Of a stretch of DNA of 64,000 nt, positions 20,620 through 30,307 are shown in pieces. How positions within the stretch are numbered: the stretch's first letter is position 1; the number at the start of each line of letters is the position of its first letter. The notes beneath the pieces are model-generated. The model did not search any database. It was not told the DNA's origin and saw nothing but the letters and a program-made list of their open reading frames with translations. Source of the DNA: an uncultured Actinomycetes bacterium (GTDB taxonomy: Bacteria; Actinomycetota; Thermoleophilia; Gaiellales; JAICJC01); NCBI GenBank assembly GCA_963832955.1, contig CAWHWC010000001.1, positions 89,851-153,850 of the forward strand, read 5' to 3'. The position numbers were made by a program, and so were the translations under genes.

Positions 20620-21377
20620 CGGCTCCGAATCTGCACCGCGGCGAAGGCCGCGAGCGCGACGCCCAAGCCCAGGACCGCCCCCGAGATTGCATCCGTCAAC
20701 CAGTGCACCTGCAGGTACGTGCGGCTCCAGACCATGCCGGCCACGACCACGGCGGCGACCACTGCCCACGCGCGCCGCTGCCGAGTCCCGGGGCGCGTGA
20801 GAAGCACGAGGAGCGAGATCGCGGTGGCTCCGGCGTAGGCCGCATGCCCTGAGGGAAACGAGCTCCCGGTCGCCTCGATCATGGCTCCGGGAGGCCGCGG
20901 CCGATCCACGAGCTGCTTCAGGAGGTTGACCGAGAGCGGAGTGAGGCTCTCGGTCACGGCGAAGGCGATCAGCGCCCGCCAGCGCCGCGCCACGATCAGC
21001 ACGAGGCCGACCGCGGCCAGGGAGACGGCCCGGCCCAGGCCGCGACCGAGGTAGTTGAGCGCGAGCGCGAGATCATGGAGCCGGCCGGTCTCGATGTCGC
21101 GCATCGCCTCAGCCCAGCGAAGGTCGACCGCGAGCGGGCGCCCCGGGATCAGGGCCGCCACGACGCCGACGAGCGCCACCAGCGCGAGGCCGGCCCAGGC
21201 GGCCGTCCGCGGACGGCTGAAGAACTGCTCGCCGCGCACGACAGGATGGAAGCCGCTTCGAGGCCTGCCCGCCTCATCCCATGGGCGCCATGCAGGCTGA
21301 TGCCGAATACGGTGAAACATTGGCATCAGGCATCGTGTTTCACGCCCACAGCGCGGCAACGGGGTGCCGGGTACCAC
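20598..21377 (-). CDS. PAP2 family phosphatase, membrane-bound
   Basis: KQLVDRPRPP...SFPSGHA...SRTYLQVHWLTDA. Start uncertain (GTG 21377 or ATG about 21326). Confidence 0.75.
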   Translation of the reverse strand: MVPGTPLPRCGRETRCLMPMFHRIRHQPAWRPWDEAGRPRSGFHPVVRGEQFFSRPRTAAWAGLALVALVGVVAALIPGRPLAVDLRWAEAMRDIETGRLHDLALALNYLGRGLGRAVSLAAVGLVLIVARRWRALIAFAVTESLTPLSVNLLKQLVDRPRPPGAMIEATGSSFPSGHAAYAGATAISLLVLLTRPGTRQRRAWAVVAAVVVAGMVWSRTYLQVHWLTDAISGAVLGLGVALAAFAAVQIRSRYGASSG

Positions 21378-21381
21378 CGTT

Positions 21382-22302
21382 CTACAAGATCCGGGCGCCC
21401 AGCGCCGAGCACGTCAGCTCGACCGCCAGGCTCGCCGTCTGGTTGTGCTCGTCGAGCACCGGGTTCACCTCGACCAGCTCGAGCGACGTGAGGATGCCGT
21501 GCTTTGCGACGAGCTCCATCGCCAGGTGGGCCTCGCGGTAGGTGATGCCGCCCCGCACGGGCGTCCCGACACCGGGCGCCTGGTCGGGGTCGACCACGTC
21601 CATGTCGAACGAGATGTGCACGAACGGGGCCGTGGAGGTGATCTCGATCGCCTCCTCGACCACCCGGTGCATGCCGTAGCGGTCGATGTCGTGCATCGTG
21701 AAGACCTTGAGGCCGAGCTCGGACATGCGCCGCCGCTCGCCCTCGTCGACCGACCGGACGCCGACCAGGACCGTCGAGCCCTCGGCGATCATCGGGAGGG
21801 GCCAGCGATCGCTTCGGAAGCGGTCGTCGTCGGCCAGGCCGAGCGCGATCGCGAGCGGCATCCCGTGGACGTTCCCGGACGGGGAGGTCGCGGGCGTGTT
21901 GATGTCGGTGTGTGCGTCGAACCAGATCACGCCGCCCGGGGCGCCGTGGGCGCTTGCAAGGCCGCCGAGCGTGCCGATCGCGACGGCGTGGTCGCCGCCG
22001 ATGACGAGCGGGATCCGGCCGGCGCGCGTCGCGGCCTCGACCCCGCCGGCGAGCTCCTCGCACGTCCGCTTGATCGCATCCCAGTAGCGGGCCGACGGGT
22101 CGCCCACGTCGAGCGCCTCCACCATGCCGGCGCCGACGTTGCCGCGGTCGTCGAGCTCGTACCCGAGCGCCTCGACGCGCTCGGCGAGCTGCGCATAGCG
22201 CACAGCCGACGGGCCCATGTCGACTCCGCGCCGGCCCGACCCGAGGTCGAGGGCGGCGCCGATGACGGCGATCGGGGCCTTCGGTACGGGTTGCGCGGAC
22301 AC
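21382..22302 (-). CDS. rocF: Arginase
   Basis: VIGAALDLGSGRRGVDMGPSAVRYA...VIGGDHAVAIGT...WFDAHTDINTP...SFDMDVVDP ureohydrolase Mn motifs. GTG at 22300-22302 chosen; the upstream ORF extension looks non-coding. Confidence 0.85.
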   Translation of the reverse strand: MSAQPVPKAPIAVIGAALDLGSGRRGVDMGPSAVRYAQLAERVEALGYELDDRGNVGAGMVEALDVGDPSARYWDAIKRTCEELAGGVEAATRAGRIPLVIGGDHAVAIGTLGGLASAHGAPGGVIWFDAHTDINTPATSPSGNVHGMPLAIALGLADDDRFRSDRWPLPMIAEGSTVLVGVRSVDEGERRRMSELGLKVFTMHDIDRYGMHRVVEEAIEITSTAPFVHISFDMDVVDPDQAPGVGTPVRGGITYREAHLAMELVAKHGILTSLELVEVNPVLDEHNQTASLAVELTCSALGARIL

Positions 22303-22330
22303 GGGCCGCAGGAGCGTAGATGATTCCGCG

Positions 22331-22608
22331 ATGCCCGATGGCGCCGCCCAGGCCCGCGCCGCGGGCCTGCTCCTGCTCCTGACTGTGGCGGGCGCCTGTG
22401 GCAGCAGTTGTTGGTGGTCAATCTGCGGGCCGACGCCGAGAGGTTGGGGCGGCCAGGGGCCGACCTCCGCTCCGAGCGGGAAGCTGACTACGCGCGCACC
22501 CGTCGCGAGCTCGATGCGTTCGTCAGGAGGCGCGTCGCGCCGTTTTGGTCGCGTGACCGCTGGCGCCGCCGCGGTCCGCTGTTCGAGATCGAAGACCACG
22601 GCGACTGA
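22331..22608 (+). CDS. Candidate small lipoprotein/secreted protein, apparently frameshifted near 22400
   Basis: ATG 22331 gives MPDGAAQARAAGLLLLLTVAGACGSS. High-GC3 coding signal then continues in the frame of the 66-aa ORF (..LVVNLRADAERLG...FEIEDHGD). Confidence 0.3.
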
Positions 22609-22799
22609 GGACAAGACATCTGCGATCAGGTCGGTCCCACGAGCGTGTTGGTGATCCCGGCCGCGGGCCGACGACCTCTCGACCCGACGAGCCGCGGCTC
22701 GGCCAATGTCCGCTTGAAATCCAGTCGCACGTGTGAGACGATTGCCACAATCTCCCTCTTGGGTGTTTCGGGCATGGGAGGCAAACGAGGGGGCGGATC

Positions 22800-23903
22800 A
22801 TGCCGCGCACTCTCCCACGGAGCGCTTGCCTAACGGTTTGGGTGGCACTGGTCGCAGTACTGGCCGGATTCGGTCCTTTCGGGGCGTCGGCGCAAGCGTC
22901 TGGTGCGGTGACACTCGTGCACTCGTCTCAGTTCATAGACGTGGCGACGGCGGCGGGAGGACGGCTCGCCTGGGTGCAGGAAAGAGGAAACCATTCGGTA
23001 ACGTGTTTCCAGATACGCCGTAAGCTGGTGGGACGGACTGGTTCGACGGTGCTGACGGGCTGGTGCGAGGACCAGCAAACCAACCCGCTCGCGTTGGATA
23101 TCGCAATGGCCGGTCGGCGGGTCACGGCGTCATCCGTTACGTTCTTCGGTGGTGGAGTGGACACATCGTTGACGACGGCGATCAAGCCCACCCATGCCCA
23201 AACATTCACGTATTCCTCTGATTGCGAGTTCACGTTCTGCGGGTCGAGCGGTCAGACCGGCACCCAGCTAGGGCCGGTCGCGGCGAGCGCGCGCACCACC
23301 GTGTTCGGGCTCACAGAGGTGGCTGCCGAGCCCGTCTGCCCCAATGGTTGTGCGATCGTCGTCACCGGAGGACGGGTAGTACAGCTGGTGGACACCGGCG
23401 GCGGTCGCGTCAGCCGTATACGCGTGCCCGGCGCTCCGGCCTCGGCGCTCCTGGCGGTTGCCTCCCACCGGATTGTGGATGTGCCGCTCCTGGCTGATGG
23501 AACGGCATCGTCCGTGATGGAGGTTCGGGATATCGACACCGGCGTCGTCACGTCATCGGTGACGGTCAACGGCCTCATTCGGCGCATCGCTCTGACCCGG
23601 ACTACGATCATCGCCGAGTTCAGAAACGCCCAGCACGTAAACAGAATCGCATGGTATGCCGTGTCTGACGGCCACCAACTGGGACACACCGGCCCGCTCT
23701 CGGACCCGCTTCCGATGGATGCCGACGGAGACCGATTCGTCTTCGGCACCCACAGGATCCGGCTCCTCAACCTTCTCACAGGCGCGTCGCGCCAAGTGTG
23801 GAATCCGAATGGACATGTCGGCGAGTTGTCCCTCGACGGCAGGTTGATTGTCGTCCACCGAGCACCTAGCAAGACCATTGAAGGGCTTCGCCTGCCAGCC
23901 TGA
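22800..23903 (+). CDS. Secreted hypothetical protein
   Basis: Signal peptide ...VALVAVLAGFGPFGASAQA. Beta-rich, with several Cys pairs. Lower GC3 than the flanks. Confidence 0.6.
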   Translation: MPRTLPRSACLTVWVALVAVLAGFGPFGASAQASGAVTLVHSSQFIDVATAAGGRLAWVQERGNHSVTCFQIRRKLVGRTGSTVLTGWCEDQQTNPLALDIAMAGRRVTASSVTFFGGGVDTSLTTAIKPTHAQTFTYSSDCEFTFCGSSGQTGTQLGPVAASARTTVFGLTEVAAEPVCPNGCAIVVTGGRVVQLVDTGGGRVSRIRVPGAPASALLAVASHRIVDVPLLADGTASSVMEVRDIDTGVVTSSVTVNGLIRRIALTRTTIIAEFRNAQHVNRIAWYAVSDGHQLGHTGPLSDPLPMDADGDRFVFGTHRIRLLNLLTGASRQVWNPNGHVGELSLDGRLIVVHRAPSKTIEGLRLPA

Positions 23904-24145
23904 GTTCGGACGACGCGCGAAGGGAGCGGAATCATCGTGAAGGTCAGCGACCCTTGCACAGCCGCATCGAAGCCGTGGTCTGTTGTCGCAGACCAGACGA
24001 GGTGGCCGTCCGGGACGAGCGCCTTGATGAAGCCGCCGTCGACGCCGAACTACGAGTCCACGGTGGTTCGTCGATGACGGTCGCGTCAGCTAGGTAGTGA
24101 TGGCAGGGCGCCGGCCGCGGATGCGGAGGTGCTGGAGGATCGACG

Positions 24146-24742
24146 TCAGAATCCGGGTGTGGCGGCGACGGTCCGTTTGAAGCCGATGCGTTGGATCATC
24201 TTTGCGAGGAAGATGACGAAGCCGAGGGGATAGTGAGGCCCGGGGTCGGTGTGGCCACTCGGGTCGATGCCCGCCAGTCCGACGCGGCGGTGGGTGGTTA
24301 CGCCGGGCAGGCGTGGATCGTGCCGCACACGGATCGGAATGCCGTACCGGCCATGTGCCCACGCGATGATCCGCGCCACCGCGTACAACTGCTTGCGCCG
24401 CTTTCGCCTCCACACCAGATTGCGGAAGGTGGCAAAGCCGATCTGCTCGATCCCGATCGACCCGGTGTTGAGGTTGGTGACATGCCATTGGATCTGGGTC
24501 GGGTCGCCGCCTCGGCCGACGTTTCCGTTCCTGTCCACGACGAAGTGGGCGCCATACTTGGCGAGTGTCCCGTCCGGATTCTTCTGGGTATGCCAGAAGT
24601 TGAAGACGCCACGGATCTCAGCAACGCCGGCCGTGTCATGCGACTCGGTGTCGTGCAAGACGATCCGAACCGGCTTGTGTGTCCCATGCACCCACGGCTT
24701 GGGATCGGTAACCGAGATCGGTGGGAGGAGGACGCGCCTCAC
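24146..24742 (-). CDS. N-acetylmuramoyl-L-alanine amidase (amidase_2/PGRP fold)
   Basis: IVLHDTES...GAHFVVDRNGN...NTGSIGIEQIG...GVTTHRRV...GHTDPGP: zinc ligand and substrate motifs of T7-lysozyme-type amidases. No signal peptide. Confidence 0.75.
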   Translation of the reverse strand: MRRVLLPPISVTDPKPWVHGTHKPVRIVLHDTESHDTAGVAEIRGVFNFWHTQKNPDGTLAKYGAHFVVDRNGNVGRGGDPTQIQWHVTNLNTGSIGIEQIGFATFRNLVWRRKRRKQLYAVARIIAWAHGRYGIPIRVRHDPRLPGVTTHRRVGLAGIDPSGHTDPGPHYPLGFVIFLAKMIQRIGFKRTVAATPGF

Positions 24743-24849
24743 GTCAGCAGCCTCGCGATCTCCGCTGGTGACCTACCTCGATGTCCCCTATCGGCGGCCA
24801 TCGGCCCCTTTTAGGTTTGCCATGTCAGACCGCCTCTGCGCGTGCCCAC

Positions 24850-25716
24850 CTACGGGCATGAGGTGAGGACTTCTCCGCTGGTACAAGTGTCGGTGCCGGC
24901 GCCACCATCGAGAGCGTCTGTGCCCGCTCCGCCGGTGAGCACGTCGTCGCCGGCGAACCCACGAATGGTGTCGTCGCCGCGGCCGCCATCGAGGTGGTCG
25001 TCCGCGGATCCCGCAAAGAGCATGTCGTCGCCGCCACGGCCGCGGATCACAGCCGCGCCTCCTCCCTTGACGATCACGTGGTTCGAAGCGTTTGATCCTG
25101 TCACGGAAATTGGCGAATCCTTGACAAGGTGAACGTTCTCGACGCTGAAGACATGGTCATGTCCCAAGCCCAGCGCGGTTCCTGCCGAAAGATTCACAGT
25201 GAGTGCTGGCCCGAAGAAGCCAGTGAACGTCTCGAGCAGGTCCGGGTCGGCTCCCCCGTGGATCACGTCGTTCCCGAAGTCCAGCGATACGCTGTCTCGT
25301 CCGACACCGGCGAAAAGCACATCATCCCCATGACCGCCGGTGAGAGCGTCGTCGCCGCGTTCGCCGAGAACGATGTCCGCGCCGCCCCTGCCCGCCAGTG
25401 TGTCGTTGCCGGTGCCTCCGAATACCTCATCGTCGCCACGCCCTGCGATGATCCGGTCATTACCGATGCCACCACAGACGAGGTCGTTACCGCCGTTGCC
25501 GAAGATCAAGTCGGATCCCGCCAACCCGACGATGACATCGTCTCCAGCTGTCCCGATCAATAGGTTACTGCGGGGAGTACCAACCATCGTCGCCGCATGG
25601 TCATGGCACATCAGCGTGGCCGCCTGAACCCCTGGCGCTGGTATCAGCACGCCGACGCCAGCGATAAGCAGTCCTACGACGGACAGTCGCCGCCTGATCC
25701 TCAAACGTCGTCGCAT
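24850..25716 (-). CDS. Secreted calcium-binding protein with hemolysin-type (RTX-like GGxGxD) repeats
   Basis: Signal peptide MRRRLRIRRRLSVVGLLIAGVGVLIPAPGVQA. Repeats such as GTAGDDVIVGLAGSDLIFGNGGNDLVCGGIGNDRI. C-terminal ..GTDTCTSGEVLTSCP. Confidence 0.7.
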   Translation of the reverse strand: MRRRLRIRRRLSVVGLLIAGVGVLIPAPGVQAATLMCHDHAATMVGTPRSNLLIGTAGDDVIVGLAGSDLIFGNGGNDLVCGGIGNDRIIAGRGDDEVFGGTGNDTLAGRGGADIVLGERGDDALTGGHGDDVLFAGVGRDSVSLDFGNDVIHGGADPDLLETFTGFFGPALTVNLSAGTALGLGHDHVFSVENVHLVKDSPISVTGSNASNHVIVKGGGAAVIRGRGGDDMLFAGSADDHLDGGRGDDTIRGFAGDDVLTGGAGTDALDGGAGTDTCTSGEVLTSCP

Positions 25717-25855
25717 GGCGTTGCCCCTTTTCGTCGTCCCGCGAGGATTCTCACCAGCCGGAAGGTCGGCCCGTTCAAACGCCGCTGCCACCAACACCGA
25801 TCGAAGCTATCGCGTGCGTCTCGCTCACGCCTCCTGACGTCACCAACCGGCGGTA

Positions 25856-26275
25856 TCACGGACACGACGTGACGACCTCACCTCGGGTGCACGTGTCCGA
25901 GCCAAGGCCTCCGTCGAGCGTGTCGGTGCCGACTCCGCCGTCGAGGAGGTCGTCGCCGAAGAAGCCGGTGATGGTGTCATCACCTCGGCCGCCGCGCAGT
26001 CGATCGTCGAAGTCCCAGCCGGAAAGTGTGTCGTTGCCGCCTCGGCCGCGAATCGCAACAGACCCGATCACATCGAATCGCGGCGTACCCACCAGGACGT
26101 CGGCACCCGGACTCCCCACGATCGTCGCCGGTACATGCCGACACATCACCGTGGCGGCGGACGCCGACCCAACCGGGACGACCGCGATCCCGCCGGCTGA
26201 GAGAAGCAGGGCTGCGACGCGCCCCACCGACCGCCACGTAGACGTCGCTCGCGTTCGCAAGGAGCCCCCACGCAT
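25856..26275 (-). CDS. Secreted calcium-binding RTX-like protein, short paralogue of 24850-25716
   Basis: Signal peptide, then the same N-terminal cap (AATVMCRHVPATIVGSPGADVLVGT) and C-terminal cap (GSDTCTRGEVVTSCP). Confidence 0.65.
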   Translation of the reverse strand: MRGGSLRTRATSTWRSVGRVAALLLSAGGIAVVPVGSASAATVMCRHVPATIVGSPGADVLVGTPRFDVIGSVAIRGRGGNDTLSGWDFDDRLRGGRGDDTITGFFGDDLLDGGVGTDTLDGGLGSDTCTRGEVVTSCP

Positions 26276-26422
26276 CACGCCCCCGATCGTCGAACCGACG
26301 ACTATAAGCCACAATCAGCACAAATTCAAACTCGCCCTCGCGCCCTCGGCGCAGCCTGGGCCAGCCACGATGCCGCGCGCTGGCTGTTGCTTGGGCGACG
26401 ACATCGGCGGATCCGCGTAACT

Positions 26423-26736
26423 TCAGCCGACGAGCCGACATACACGCCAACGGTCTGATAGGCCCTTGAGTTCGTGCTCGCCCGCGTCCTCGAGTACGAG
26501 TCCCAAGCCGCGGTGAGATCCTTCACTGTCGACGAGACGAGGACTTCCGACGGATCCGTGAGAACCGCGATCCTGGCGCCGATATGGACGGCGATTCCCC
26601 CCACGCCAGCTTCCATCAACTCGATCTCACCGGTGTGCACTCCGCCTCGGACTACGAGGCCAATCGATCCGACAGTTTCGGTGATTGCCCCGGCGCAGCG
26701 AACGGCGCGGGCGGGCCCCGACACCGCGACAGTCAA
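26423..26736 (-). pseudogene. Relic of a class III adenylate/guanylate cyclase domain (C-terminal half only, internally frameshifted)
   Basis: ...AVRCAGAITETV...VRGGVHTGEIELMEAGVGGIAVHIGARIAVLTDPSEVLVSSTVKDLTA, then after a frameshift near 26507 GLGLVLEDAGEHELKGLSDRWRV. The N-terminal metal-binding half is absent. Confidence 0.6.
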
Positions 26737-29700
26737 GCTCCAGGCTCGGCGACCCGGCCAACAACGCTGCCATCCAGTGGCCAGCCGGTCGCAGAGAGTA
26801 CGTCCTCGTCCACGCCAAGGCCGCGGAATAGCGACGCTGCCTCCGTCGCGTATGGCTCAGCCTGGCCCTCGTTCCCCAACTGTCGGAGGCAGCGGGCGCG
26901 GCCGGCGAGGGCGTGCGCGAGCTCGAACGGATGGCCGAACGAGCGCCATCTCTGCGCGGCGTCGTCGTAGAGAGCCGCCGACGTCCATGCATCTCCTTCT
27001 GCCTCGGCAAGCATCGCTCGAACGGTCGCTCTGCTGTTCGTCGCGCGCGTCGGTTCGGACGTATCTTCCGCCAACCGGTGCGCGTGCGTCACACCGCCCG
27101 AGGCGATCAACACGCGCGCGGTTTCGGTGATAATGCCGGTTTCGCCGGCGAACCGAAGCGTGCTGCTCTCGACGGCGAGCTTGCCCGCTCGCTGCGCGTT
27201 GCCGTCGATCAGGACTAGTAGGGCGGCCACCGTGAGGGCTGGGGCGACGATTTGCGCGTCGACGATGTCGCGGGCGCGGTCGACTGCTCCCGCCATGGTG
27301 GCACGGGCTGCGGGCGCGTCGCCGCGAAGGGCGAGGATGTACGCCCTCAGCGGGGCGGCCAAGGCTGCGTGCTGGTGGGTGCTGCTACCGGCCCAGGTGA
27401 GCACCACCTCGGCGTCTTGGAGGGCGTCATCCCAGGCTCCTGCGTCGAAAAGGTGCCACACGCTGAACGCTCGTGCCAGCATCTCGTACGTCGAGTTGCG
27501 CGTCCGAGCCGCATGCTGGATTGCCTCCCGGTCGATCGCCGCAGCGGCGGCAGGCCCGTCCCATTCGAGTCGCTGGCCGGCGAGGTGCATGAGCCCCATC
27601 GTGATGTAGGGCGGGTCGTGCTCTCTGAACATCGAGAGCGACCGCTCGAGATCATCCATGCCTTGATGGCGGTCACCGGACTCAGAGCGGATCAGGCCAC
27701 GGGTGTTGATGGCGAGAGCTGCCGCTAGCGGATCGTCGACTTCTTCAGCGATGGCCAGCTGTCGGTCGACGAGCTCCAGGCTGCGGGCTAGATCTCCGCG
27801 TAGCATGAGGATGAAGGTGGCGTTGCCGATCACCCGCGCGACCTTCGACGTGGGGGGCTCACGTTCGAACCGCTCGAGCGCTAGGTCTGCGACGCGTTTG
27901 CATTCCCGGCCGTCGCCGCGGAAATAGGCCGCCTCGATCTGCTGGAACATCGTGTCGGCGAGCGCCTCAGTATCTCCAAGTGATACCGCGGCAGTGCGCG
28001 CCCATTCGAGAACATGGGAGGCCTCCGCGAGGGCACCCGCCTGGACGAGACACGTGCCGCGGACACACAAGAGCTGCGGCATCTGGTCGCCCTTGCCGTC
28101 GGCGAGCTCAATCGCCTGGTCGACGAGGTGGGTGGCTCGCTCCAGGTCGAGGCCCATAGCGTGCTCGGCGGCGATCCCGCCGAAGCGAACGGCGGCCCAG
28201 CGGAGGGATGCATCCTCGTCCTGTCCACTCGAGCGTCGAAGCGCGACCGCCTCGGTGTAGTGGTAGGCGAGCAACTCGGCGCGGTCTGCCACCCGGTCGC
28301 CCGCGAGCTGCTGGATCCAATCCGCCGCCCGGCGATGCTTGTCGGCCCGCTCCACGCGTGGGATCTGGCCGTAGGCCACGTCGTGGACGAGGTCGTGCCA
28401 AAACGAATACTCCTCGTCACCCGGCACGGTGGAGAGGCGCGATCGCCGGATCAGCTCCTTGCGGGCCAGTTCGTGCAGCTCGGAGCGAACCGCCGCTGGT
28501 TCGCGCTCCCCCATTTCCGCGAGTGCGCCGGCCCAAAACACCTTGCCGACCACGGCCGCGTCGTACAACAGCGCTTTGCGCTCCGCGTCCAGCGTGTCGA
28601 TCCGGGCTGTGATCAGCGCCAGCACGGTGTCAGGCATCTCGACCTCGGTCAGCGCAGGGCTGGTGCGGTCCCCGAGCAGACGTATGTACTCCTCGGCATA
28701 CAGCGGGTTGCCGCCGGACCGTTCAACCAATCGCCGCTCGACATCCGCCGAGATGGGAAAGTCACCCAACAGCGAGCGGGCCAGGCGCTCCGTGTCGTCG
28801 GTTGCCAGTGCCCTGAGCGCGAGTGTGGTCGCGTTCGCCAGCCCGCCCGCCCAGTCGGGGTGGGCCTCCAACAGCTCCGGCCGGGCCGTGCATAGAATCA
28901 GCATCGGAACGCTGGTCGACCACTCCGCCAGATACTGAATGAAGGCGAGCAGCGCCGGATCAGCCCAGTGCAGATCCTCGAAGATCAAGGCCAGGGGGTC
29001 GCGGGCGGCGACTTCGTCGAAGAATCGCTGCCACGCCGCGAACACCTCCTCGCGCTCGCCGCCCTCGCCCGGAAGCCCGACCAGTGGCGCCAGCCGAGCC
29101 CGAAGCCACGCCGCGTCAGCCATCCCGGCCACGGCCTCATCCAAAAGAGCCCGCGCCTGCTCCTCGCTCTCGGTCTCACTGATGCCGGCGTGTGCCTTCA
29201 CGATCTCGGCCAGCGGCCACAAGCCGATCCCGTCGCCATACGCGATGCAGCGGCCCCGCCGTATCGCCACCGAGACCGACCGCGCACCAAGCCACACCTC
29301 GAGCTCCGCTATCAACCGCGACTTTCCGATGCCGGGCTCGCCCACGACCGTCACGAGCTGCAGACCCGGCCCTTCGATCGCCCGCTCGGACACCTCCTGC
29401 AGCAGGCGCACCTCGCGGAGCCGGCCCACGAAGGGCGCCGACCGTCCTGGGCTGCGAACCGCCGCCCCGCCGATGGCCGCTACCGCCTGCCACACCTCGA
29501 CCGACGTCGGTTTCCCCTTCAACACCACCGGAGCCAGCGATTCGTACTCGATCACGTCGCTGGTCGCACGGACGGTCGCTTCGCCGACGACCACGCCACC
29601 CACCGGCGCCACCGCCTGAAGACGCGATGCCGTATTCATCACGTCTCCCACCACCATCCCCTCGCCGAACTCCGATCCAGGCGACACCCGCACCAACGCC

Positions 29701-30227
29701 GCACCCGTATTCACCGCCACACGCACCTCAACCCCGATCGAATCCACGATCGCAAGCCCGGAGCGCACCGCCCGCTCCGCATCATCCTCATGCACCCGCG
29801 GCGCGCCCCACACCCCCACAATCGCGTCCCCGATGAACTTCTCCACCACACCACCGAAGCGCTCGATCTCCGCTCGAACCGCCGCGTGATACGCGCTCAG
29901 CCTCCGGCTCACATCCTCCGGATCCGCCGCATGCGCCGACGCCGTGAACCCGACCAAGTCGCAGAACAACACCGACACAACCTTCCGCTCCTCGCGCATA
30001 CGTGGTGGCGCAACGTCCAGCCCGGCGCCGCATGACCCACAGAAGCGGAAGCCATCAGGATTCTCCTGCCCGCACCTCGCGCAGACCGCCACCACACGGA
30101 CTCTACGCCTCGCGGACCGATCGGCGGCACCCGATTCAGCGCGACCAATACGCTCGAAGCTCGTGCGCCTATGAGATCCCCCTCGTCCGCCGGTTGAGAT
30201 CGTGGTGTCATGATGCTGATTCCCCAC
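26733..30227 (-). CDS. Zinc-ribbon / class III nucleotidyl cyclase / P-loop NTPase (AAA_16, STAND-like) / TPR multidomain protein
   Basis: CARCGQENPDGFRFCGSCG. Cyclase motifs VLFCDLVGFT, KFIGDAIVGVWG, NTASRL. Walker A GEPGIGKSRL. Long helical-repeat C-terminus. The start may be GTG near 30101. Confidence 0.85.
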   Translation of the reverse strand: MGNQHHDTTISTGGRGGSHRRTSFERIGRAESGAADRSARRRVRVVAVCARCGQENPDGFRFCGSCGAGLDVAPPRMREERKVVSVLFCDLVGFTASAHAADPEDVSRRLSAYHAAVRAEIERFGGVVEKFIGDAIVGVWGAPRVHEDDAERAVRSGLAIVDSIGVEVRVAVNTGAALVRVSPGSEFGEGMVVGDVMNTASRLQAVAPVGGVVVGEATVRATSDVIEYESLAPVVLKGKPTSVEVWQAVAAIGGAAVRSPGRSAPFVGRLREVRLLQEVSERAIEGPGLQLVTVVGEPGIGKSRLIAELEVWLGARSVSVAIRRGRCIAYGDGIGLWPLAEIVKAHAGISETESEEQARALLDEAVAGMADAAWLRARLAPLVGLPGEGGEREEVFAAWQRFFDEVAARDPLALIFEDLHWADPALLAFIQYLAEWSTSVPMLILCTARPELLEAHPDWAGGLANATTLALRALATDDTERLARSLLGDFPISADVERRLVERSGGNPLYAEEYIRLLGDRTSPALTEVEMPDTVLALITARIDTLDAERKALLYDAAVVGKVFWAGALAEMGEREPAAVRSELHELARKELIRRSRLSTVPGDEEYSFWHDLVHDVAYGQIPRVERADKHRRAADWIQQLAGDRVADRAELLAYHYTEAVALRRSSGQDEDASLRWAAVRFGGIAAEHAMGLDLERATHLVDQAIELADGKGDQMPQLLCVRGTCLVQAGALAEASHVLEWARTAAVSLGDTEALADTMFQQIEAAYFRGDGRECKRVADLALERFEREPPTSKVARVIGNATFILMLRGDLARSLELVDRQLAIAEEVDDPLAAALAINTRGLIRSESGDRHQGMDDLERSLSMFREHDPPYITMGLMHLAGQRLEWDGPAAAAAIDREAIQHAARTRNSTYEMLARAFSVWHLFDAGAWDDALQDAEVVLTWAGSSTHQHAALAAPLRAYILALRGDAPAARATMAGAVDRARDIVDAQIVAPALTVAALLVLIDGNAQRAGKLAVESSTLRFAGETGIITETARVLIASGGVTHAHRLAEDTSEPTRATNSRATVRAMLAEAEGDAWTSAALYDDAAQRWRSFGHPFELAHALAGRARCLRQLGNEGQAEPYATEAASLFRGLGVDEDVLSATGWPLDGSVVGRVAEPGA

Positions 30228-30307
30228 GGATCATCGCGCCTCGTCCCCCGGCGGCTCGTGAAACGAGTCGGCGCGTTCCACACGCAGAGCGCTTGTCGTC
30301 GGTGGTG

